Shown piece by piece: positions 57,531-64,000 of a DNA stretch of 64,000 nucleotides (within the stretch, counting starts at the first letter, position 1; every line of letters begins with the position of its first letter). Made by a program: the position numbers and the translations under genes. Source of the stretch: Armatimonadota bacterium (GTDB lineage: Bacteria; Armatimonadota; HRBIN16); the NCBI GenBank assembly GCA_963677485.1, contig OY781964.1, positions 4,064,001-4,128,000 of the forward strand, in the 5' to 3' direction. The notes beneath the pieces are model-generated. The model was not told the DNA's origin. It saw only the letters and a program-made list of their open reading frames with translations, and made no database searches.

Positions 57531-58602
57531 TCTGAACCACGGATTACACGGATTTACAGGATGACACGGATGGAGAGGGAACGCCTCACGCGAGGACGCG
57601 AAGGTCGCGAAGGTTTGGAGAGTGAAGCTTTGCTTAGGGATCGATCCGTCCGATTCTACTAATCCGTCGGACCGTACGTCTGAACCACGGATGACACGGA
57701 TTAATTGGATGATACGGATAAGAGACGGAACGCTTCATCCGAAGACTCTGAGGACACGAAAAGTCAGGGCGGCAAACGCCCCGGAGGGGCAAGATTCTTT
57801 ACAGCCACGGGTAAGCGAAGCGCAACCCGTGGAGGGTAATCAGAAACCATCTACCCACGAACGTGGGTCGAATGGTTCGATGGAGGTGTATATGTCTGGG
57901 TCACTGGTATCCAACCACGTTCATATAGTATTTAGCACCAGAAAACGAGCTGAATTGATCCGATCTGACCATATGCAGGCCATCATCGCCCAAATGGTCG
58001 ATGTAATAGAAAAATACCATTGTCCGGTTCGGGCGATCGGTGGAACTAGTAACCACATGCACATACTTATATCGCTCAACCAAGAGTGCCGATTGTCATA
58101 TGTGGTGAGGGATGTTAAGGTGGCAACCTCCCATTGGATGCATGAGCAAGGTCTGAATTTCGAATGGCAGGCAGGTTATGGTGCCTTTTCAGTGGGACAA
58201 CGTGAGTTGGGTTTGGTGACGAACTACATAAGAGCACAGGATATACACCATGCGCGGTTTACATTTGATGAGGAATTCATTAAGATGCTGCGGCATGCTC
58301 AGATTGATTTCAACCCGGAGTATGTATTTGGGTGACAGACCCCTTCGGGGTAGAGGGCTTGTTGCTGCTTACCAGGGGTATCGCTTCGCTCACCCCTGGC
58401 TGTAAGGAATCCTGCCCCTTCGGGGCGCCGGAGGATGCAGACGACATTGGTAATCGTAGATGTCAGACGATACAAGGTGTCGGAGATTGCTGACATTGGC
58501 AAACGCAGTATATGCTTCTCCCTCTCTCTCCTTCGCGGCCTTCGCGTCTTCGCGTGAGACATTCCCCTCCATCCGGGCCATCCGTGTAATCCGTGGTTCA
58601 GA
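57531..58602. mobile_element. IS200-like / REP-associated Y1 transposase locus bounded by nested inverted repeats
   Basis: Outer IR ~57531-57627 / 58514-58602; inner IR 57777-57832 / 58372-58427; innermost hairpins 57851-57869 / 58338-58353; tnpA in the middle. Confidence 0.7.
57892..58335 (+). CDS. tnpA: IS200/IS605-family Y1 (HUH) transposase, 147 aa
   Basis: HIVFSTRKR, HUH motif NHMHIL, FEWQAGYGAFSV and catalytic-Tyr helix NYIRAQ; GGAGG before ATG 57892. Confidence 0.93.
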   Translation: MSGSLVSNHVHIVFSTRKRAELIRSDHMQAIIAQMVDVIEKYHCPVRAIGGTSNHMHILISLNQECRLSYVVRDVKVATSHWMHEQGLNFEWQAGYGAFSVGQRELGLVTNYIRAQDIHHARFTFDEEFIKMLRHAQIDFNPEYVFG

Positions 58603-58675
58603 TAAAAAGCCAGCGGTTGAGACAATCCCGTTCCTCTTCTCCTCATCTCCTCCACTCCTGACTTCTCCCTCCATA
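58603..58675. repeat. CCAGCGGTT/CAATCCCGTTCC linker plus CTCC-unit pyrimidine array
   Basis: Shares ccagcggtt...caatc with 36172-36185 and caatcccgttcc with the reverse complement of ~20126-20139; ttctcct-catctcct-ccactcct-gacttct units. Confidence 0.65.
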
Positions 58676-58687
58676 GCCATATTTCCC

Positions 58688-58744
58688 AATCCAGAAAGAA
58701 AAGTAGGGATATACTTGACTTTGTAGTAGGGATTGTGACAGACT
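58688..58744 (+). promoter_or_regulatory. suf promoter with tandem IscR/CymR-like Rrf2 boxes
   Basis: ATACTTGACTTTGTAGTAGGGAT overlaps the TTGACT -35; AGTAGGGAT is repeated at 58702 and 58725. Confidence 0.55.
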
Positions 58745-58762
58745 AATAGTGGAGAACGAATT

Positions 58763-59290
58763 ATGAAGATTACCGCACAAGAAGAATATGGACTTCGATG
58801 CCTGATGAACCTCGCTAGAAGGGTGCCGGGTCAGACCGTGAATGCCCGCGAAATATCCGAAGGCGAAGGACTGTCGGTGGCATACGTGGAAAAAATCCTG
58901 CATCAGCTCACACGAAGCGGCCTCACCGAAAGCGTGCGAGGTGCTTCCGGTGGATACCGCCTGAAACGCATGAATGATGCCATCACATTGCGCCAGGCGC
59001 TAGATGCGCTGGGCGGCGTGATCAACACCATGGATGTATGCGACCAGTACACCGGCTCGCATGAGGTGTGTGTTCACCAGCATGCAGGGTGTGGTATCCG
59101 AAGCGTTTGGGGATTCATCGGCGACTATCTGTCGCTGGTATTCGACAGCATCACCCTGAGGGATTTAGTCGACGGCAATTTCCCGATGCAGATGGAGCCG
59201 CTCCGGTATGCCAGGGAATCGCTGAGTCCAGCAAATACCGAAAACACTGATCAATTCGTAGCTGCGCCACAGGAGGCAGAACTTAAATGA
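58763..59290 (+). CDS. Rrf2-family Fe-S cluster regulator (IscR/SufR-like, three Cys)
   Basis: YGLRCLMNLA, YVEKIL, SVRGASGGYRL and C-x9-C-x6-C. Confidence 0.92.
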   Translation: MKITAQEEYGLRCLMNLARRVPGQTVNAREISEGEGLSVAYVEKILHQLTRSGLTESVRGASGGYRLKRMNDAITLRQALDALGGVINTMDVCDQYTGSHEVCVHQHAGCGIRSVWGFIGDYLSLVFDSITLRDLVDGNFPMQMEPLRYARESLSPANTENTDQFVAAPQEAELK

Positions 59291-60063
59291 GCCAGCAACC
59301 ACTTATAAATATTGAAAATCTGCATGTGTCCGTGCAAGGCAAGCCCATCCTGAAGGGTCTGAACCTGATGATGATGCCCGGCGAGATACACGCCATCATG
59401 GGCCCGAATGGTTCAGGTAAAAGCACACTTGCCTCCACGTTGATGGGCCACCCGAGCTTCGAAATTACCGATGGTTCCGTCAGCTTCCGTGGTCAGGACC
59501 TGCTGGCAATGAGCGTGGATGAGCGCGCCCGGGCGGGGGTCTTTCTGGCATTCCAGTATCCGGTGGCTATCCCGGGTGTGTCAGTGGCCAGCTTCTTGCG
59601 AACGGCTATGAAGTCACTGCATGGTGCAGACATGAGCGCCCGCGACTTCCGCGCTTCCTTGAAGAAAGAGTTCAAGCACCTCACCATGGACGAAAAGTTC
59701 GCCACACGGTATGTGAATGACGGTTTCTCGGGCGGTGAGAAAAAGCGGCTGGAAATCGCCCAACTGGGCATGATCAAACCGCACCTGGCGATCCTTGATG
59801 AAACAGACAGCGGCCTGGACATCGACGCACTGAAAATAGTGGCCGAAAATGTGATGCGCAACTTCAACGAGTCCGGCGAAATGTCACTTCTGGTGATCAC
59901 TCACTACCAGCGGCTTCTCCGGTATATCCCTCCCATGGTGGTGCATGTGCTGGCGGACGGCCGCATCATCAAAAACGGCGACAAAGAGTTGGCGCACGAG
60001 CTTGAAACCCGTGGCTACGACTGGGTATTGGCGGAGGCTGGAGTTCAGCAGGAGGTCAAGTAG
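59287..60063 (+). CDS. sufC: Fe-S cluster assembly ATPase SufC
   Basis: HAIMGPNGSGKST, FLAFQYP, GFSGGEKKR, LDETDSGLD and ITHYQRLL motifs. Confidence 0.97.
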   Translation: MSQQPLINIENLHVSVQGKPILKGLNLMMMPGEIHAIMGPNGSGKSTLASTLMGHPSFEITDGSVSFRGQDLLAMSVDERARAGVFLAFQYPVAIPGVSVASFLRTAMKSLHGADMSARDFRASLKKEFKHLTMDEKFATRYVNDGFSGGEKKRLEIAQLGMIKPHLAILDETDSGLDIDALKIVAENVMRNFNESGEMSLLVITHYQRLLRYIPPMVVHVLADGRIIKNGDKELAHELETRGYDWVLAEAGVQQEVK

Positions 60064-61479
60064 ATGGCTGCAGATGACAACGTCCGGAGCATAAGCCCGG
60101 AATACGAATACGGATTTCACGACGATGATTTCGTCGCTGCCTTCAAAAGTGAGCGCGGACTGACGAAACGCGTGGTTGAGATGATCTCCGGCATGAAGAA
60201 TGAGCCGACCTGGATGCTGGAACAGCGGCTGAAGGCGCTCGCTATCTTCGAGAGCAAGCCGATGCCCACCTGGGGAAACACCCAGATGCTCAACGAGATC
60301 GACTTTGACAACATCTTTTACTACATCAAACCCTCCGAAAAGATGGGCAGAACCTGGGACGATGTGCCGACTTCAATCCGCGACACCTTTGAGAAGCTGG
60401 GCATTCCAGAAGCTGAGCGCAGCCTTCTGGCTGGCGTCAGCGCGCAATATGAATCTGAAGTGGTGTATCACTCCATCCGCGAGGACCTGGAGGCGCAAGG
60501 CGTCATCTTTACGGACATGGACTCGGCGCTGCGCGAATACCCCGACATCGTGAAGCGCTATTTCGGCAAGGTGATCCCATCGGCGGACAATAAGTTCTCC
60601 GCGCTGAATACGGCCGTATGGTCAGGTGGATCCTTTGTGTATGTTCCTCCGGGCAAGAATGTGGAGATCCCTCTGCAAGCCTACTTCCGCATCAACACGG
60701 AGAACATGGGACAGTTTGAGCGCACGCTGATCATTGCGGACGAAGGCTCCCGCGTGCACTACGTGGAGGGCTGCACCGCACCGATCTACAGCTCCGACTC
60801 GCTGCACGGCGCCGTGGTGGAACTAGTGGCGCATAAGAGCGCGCATGTTCGCTACACCACCATCCAAAACTGGAGCAAGAACGTCTACAACCTCGTGACC
60901 AAGCGGGCCGTAGCGCATGAAGATGCGGTGATTGAGTGGGTGGATGGCAACATGGGCAGCAAGCTGACCATGAAGTATCCGGCCGTCTACCTGATGGGCC
61001 GTGGAGCGCGTGGAGACATGCTGAGCATCGCCTTTGCAGGCCGTGACCAGCACCAGGACACCGGCGCCAAGATGGTTCACCTGGCACCCGACACCAGCAG
61101 CACCATCGTCAGCAAGTCTATCAGCAAGGACGGCGGTCGGGCAGGCTACCGCGGTCTGGTTCAGGTGAACCCGGGGTGCACCGGCGTGAAAGCGAACGTG
61201 CGTTGCGATGCGTTGATCCTGGACGACCAGTCCCGCAGCGACACCTATCCCACGATGAACATCCGTGAGAGCGGCGTGCGCGTGGAGCATGAGGCCACCG
61301 TCAGCAAGGTCGGCGACGAGCAGTTGTTCTACCTGATGAGTAGGGGACTGACCGAGCAACAGGCCGTCACCACCATCATCAATGGCTTCTTCGAGCCGTT
61401 TGCACGGGAGCTTCCGCTGGAATACGCAGTGGAGTTAAACCGGCTGATCGCACTGGAGATGGAGGGCTCGGTAGGGTAA
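60064..61479 (+). CDS. sufB: Fe-S cluster assembly protein SufB
   Basis: [38 protein letters not shown] and [15 protein letters not shown] motifs. Confidence 0.98.
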   Translation: MAADDNVRSISPEYEYGFHDDDFVAAFKSERGLTKRVVEMISGMKNEPTWMLEQRLKALAIFESKPMPTWGNTQMLNEIDFDNIFYYIKPSEKMGRTWDDVPTSIRDTFEKLGIPEAERSLLAGVSAQYESEVVYHSIREDLEAQGVIFTDMDSALREYPDIVKRYFGKVIPSADNKFSALNTAVWSGGSFVYVPPGKNVEIPLQAYFRINTENMGQFERTLIIADEGSRVHYVEGCTAPIYSSDSLHGAVVELVAHKSAHVRYTTIQNWSKNVYNLVTKRAVAHEDAVIEWVDGNMGSKLTMKYPAVYLMGRGARGDMLSIAFAGRDQHQDTGAKMVHLAPDTSSTIVSKSISKDGGRAGYRGLVQVNPGCTGVKANVRCDALILDDQSRSDTYPTMNIRESGVRVEHEATVSKVGDEQLFYLMSRGLTEQQAVTTIINGFFEPFARELPLEYAVELNRLIALEMEGSVG

Positions 61480-62699
61480 TGGACACAACACAACAGACTA
61501 TAATGCAAAGTGCAGAGACTATAAGCCAGAGTTTGCGTGAGAACGCCTGGATGACCGAACAGCGGGCCCAGCAGGCAGAGCTGTTCAGCAGCCTGTCGCA
61601 GCCCACCCGGAGCGACGAGGGCTGGCGGCGTGCCGATATCAGCGACCTTAACCTGAACGCGTTGGCTGAGCAGCCAAATGAGTTTGAGGCCAGCTTTGGC
61701 GATGAGTGCAATACCGCACGTGAACGCGGCGTGTTTCTGGGCAGCGTGGCCACGGCGGTGGGCCATCACCCGGAAATGATGCGCGGACTTTTTGCACAGA
61801 TTCAAGATGACGACGTGTTCTTGAAACTCACCAGCATGGCGCGGGCACTGTATGGCAAGGGCAGCGCGGTGGTGGTACCCGAAGGGTATGACGCACCCAC
61901 GCCGATCCGTATGCTCAGCCATCAGGCGGGTGCCGTCGGGTTCACAAGGAACCTGGTGGTGCTTCAGCCGCACAGCCGCTTATTGGTGGTAGACGACCAG
62001 AACAGCCCAGATGGTGTGGACGCCTTCCATTCCGGTGTCACTGATCTGTTCGTGGGAGAGGGCGCGGAGCTGGTCTACGTGCAGTTCCAGCGTTGGGGAC
62101 ACGGCATGAGGGCCTTCCAGCATCAGCGCGCCGTGCTGTCCAAGGATGCCAGCCTGACCACCATCACGGTGGCACTGGGCGGTAAGCAGCACAAAGCGCA
62201 GGTGGAAAGCGCGTTGTCGGCACCAGGTGCCAGCAGCAACATGCTCGGGCTGGTGTTTGGGAACCAGAAACAACAGTTTGACATCCGCACCGTGCTGCGG
62301 CATATCTCGGCTGACACGCAGAGCGATCTGCTGTTCAAGAGCGCGCTGGAGGACGAGGCCTATTCCGTCTACTCGGGCTTGATCCGCATCGACTTCGGTG
62401 CGCAGCGCACGAATGCGTACCAGAAGAACGAGAACCTGCTGTTAAGCAGCAAGGCCCATGCAGAGGCATTGCCTGACCTGGAAATCCTGGCAGACGATGT
62501 GAAGTGCTCGCACGGCGCCACCATCTCTCCTGTGGATGATGAGATGCTGTTCTACCTGGCCAGCCGAGGCATGGACAAACGGTCGGCGGAGCGCTTGATT
62601 GTGGAGGGCTTCTTCCGGCCGGTCATCGACCGGATCATCAGCGAAGAAATGCAGGACATCGTGACCAACGAGTTGAATACCAAAATCCGACACCAATAA
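61479..62699 (+). CDS. sufD: Fe-S cluster assembly protein SufD
   Basis: EGWRRAD, NLLLS, LEILADDVKCSHGAT and LFYLASRG motifs. Confidence 0.93.
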   Translation: MDTTQQTIMQSAETISQSLRENAWMTEQRAQQAELFSSLSQPTRSDEGWRRADISDLNLNALAEQPNEFEASFGDECNTARERGVFLGSVATAVGHHPEMMRGLFAQIQDDDVFLKLTSMARALYGKGSAVVVPEGYDAPTPIRMLSHQAGAVGFTRNLVVLQPHSRLLVVDDQNSPDGVDAFHSGVTDLFVGEGAELVYVQFQRWGHGMRAFQHQRAVLSKDASLTTITVALGGKQHKAQVESALSAPGASSNMLGLVFGNQKQQFDIRTVLRHISADTQSDLLFKSALEDEAYSVYSGLIRIDFGAQRTNAYQKNENLLLSSKAHAEALPDLEILADDVKCSHGATISPVDDEMLFYLASRGMDKRSAERLIVEGFFRPVIDRIISEEMQDIVTNELNTKIRHQ

Positions 62700-62717
62700 T
62701 CATCAAGGATCAAACAC

Positions 62718-63026
62718 ATGAAATATCTATTGCAGGCATCAAACGACATAGAGAAAGGCTCCACCAAGGTGTTCGTGGTGGCTGGTCGGCGCATTCTTCT
62801 GGCACATACCAAAGAGGGCGAATATTACGCCGTGGACGATCTGTGCTCACATGATGGCGCCGCGCTGGATACCGGCGAGCTTTACGGCTATGAGGTGGAG
62901 TGCCCGCGCCATGGTGCCTGCTTTGATATCCGCAGCGGCAAAGTACTGACCCTGCCCGCCACCGAAGACATCACCAGCTACCCTGTGACGGTGGATGATG
63001 CCGGAATCAGCGTGGAGATCAACTGA
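62718..63026 (+). CDS. Rieske-type [2Fe-2S] ferredoxin
   Basis: CSH...CPRHG..FD Rieske motif. Confidence 0.93.
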   Translation: MKYLLQASNDIEKGSTKVFVVAGRRILLAHTKEGEYYAVDDLCSHDGAALDTGELYGYEVECPRHGACFDIRSGKVLTLPATEDITSYPVTVDDAGISVEIN

Positions 63027-63029
63027 CCA

Positions 63030-64000
63030 ATGAACAGTGACTGGGCGAAAATACGAGCGGATTTCCCGATACTCAAGCGCGAGTTCTACGGCAAGCGGCT
63101 GGTCTACCTCGACTCGGCGGCGACCTCTCAGAAGCCGCGCCAGGTGATCGAGGCGCTGACCAGCTACTATAACAACAGCAATGCGAATGTTCACCGTTCT
63201 TTATACTCGCTGGCTGCGGAGGCCACGGAGCTTTACGAAAGCTCGCGCCTAAAACTCAGCCAGTTTCTGAATGCACCCTCTGTGGAGGGCGTGGTGTTTG
63301 TGAGGAACACCACCGAGGCGATCAACCTGGTGGCCAGGAGCTGGAGTGAGGCGAACCTGAAACCCGGCGACTTGATCGTGTTGACGGAGATGGACCACCA
63401 CAGCAACATCGTCCCCTGGCAGCTTGCCGCCAAACGCCACGGAGCAACTTTGCATTACGTGCCGTTTGGTGCGGATGGTCTGTTGGACCTGGATGACTAC
63501 CGCGCCGCACTGGCCAGAGGGCCGAAGATGGTGGCCTTCACGCACGTCAGCAACGCGCTGGGCACCATCAACCCGGTGCAGCAGATGACCGAGTGGGCCC
63601 ATCAGGCCGGAGCCACCGTGCTGGTAGACGGCGCGCAGTCGGCACCTCATATGCCTGTAGATATCAAGGCGATCGGCTGCGACTTCTACGCCATCAGCGG
63701 ACACAAGATGCTGGGCCCGATGGGCATTGGCGCACTCATCGCCAAGCCGGAACAGCTACAGAAGATGCCACCCTTCCTGGGCGGCGGCAGTATGATCAAT
63801 CGAGTCGAGCGTGAATACAGCACATGGGCAGAGATACCCAACAAGTTTGAGGCAGGCACGCCCAACTGTGCCGACGTGGTGGCGCTGGGAGCGGCCATCG
63901 ACTACCTTCAGGAGATCGGCATGGAGCAGGTGGCGCAGCACTCGCAGAAACTGGCTCAGCTAGCCATGGAGATGCTTCTGGCGGAGGGTGACATCGATCT
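63030..64000 (+). CDS. sufS: Cysteine desulfurase SufS, 3'-truncated by the window edge (absent from the ORF track)
   Basis: Translation from ATG 63030: IRADFPIL...LVYLDSAATSQKP, NANVHR, NTTEAIN, HHSNIVPWQ, DGAQSAPH, SGHKMLGP, KFEAGTP. Confidence 0.96.
   Translation, partial: MNSDWAKIRADFPILKREFYGKRLVYLDSAATSQKPRQVIEALTSYYNNSNANVHRSLYSLAAEATELYESSRLKLSQFLNAPSVEGVVFVRNTTEAINLVARSWSEANLKPGDLIVLTEMDHHSNIVPWQLAAKRHGATLHYVPFGADGLLDLDDYRAALARGPKMVAFTHVSNALGTINPVQQMTEWAHQAGATVLVDGAQSAPHMPVDIKAIGCDFYAISGHKMLGPMGIGALIAKPEQLQKMPPFLGGGSMINRVEREYSTWAEIPNKFEAGTPNCADVVALGAAIDYLQEIGMEQVAQHSQKLAQLAMEMLLAEGDID

Noticed and set aside
57285-57891. ORFs 57285-57662 and the 90-aa N-terminal extension of tnpA (PRITRI..MTRM peptides)
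   Set aside because: These are translations of the 9-bp repeat modules, which stay in frame by periodicity; tnpA has a clear RBS and ATG at 57892.

Overview
A 64-kb bacterial chromosomal window, GC-rich and probably from an anaerobic diderm polysaccharide degrader. The dockerin-like C-terminal domain, multiple URO-D paralogs and general gene content suggest Armatimonadota, which is inference only. From left to right it holds: a truncated HldE/RfaE-type kinase; a ~20-kb run of mostly secreted, mostly uncharacterised glycoside-hydrolase-like genes with URO-D-family genes interleaved; ffh-rpsP-khpA-rimM-trmD (no rplS) followed by TauE; a DnaA-domain-I-like orphan and a PfkB kinase; an MNT-HEPN pair; an AraC/RhaT/isomerase/GH106 rhamnoside locus; tRNA(CAT), probably Ile2; ispG and FmdB; GH63-like and GH38 hydrolases; an NCS2 permease and a GT2; a TetR-EmrB-EmrA-TolC efflux operon; a 26-aa helical repeat protein; a metallophosphoesterase; a TPM-like protein; an IS200-like Y1 transposase; and an Rrf2-sufCBD-Rieske-sufS operon cut by the window end. 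The most unusual signal is non-coding. The lone Y1 (HUH) transposase gene sits inside three nested layers of inverted repeats, and modules of the outer layer (TCTGAACC plus 9-bp GGAT units) recur as transposase-free copies in other intergenic regions. Alongside them are two homologous GTAG-REPIN hairpins, 8-bp purine/pyrimidine arrays, and a perfect 94-bp inverted duplication of a MITE-like unit. Protein family calls come from motif recognition, not database searches.
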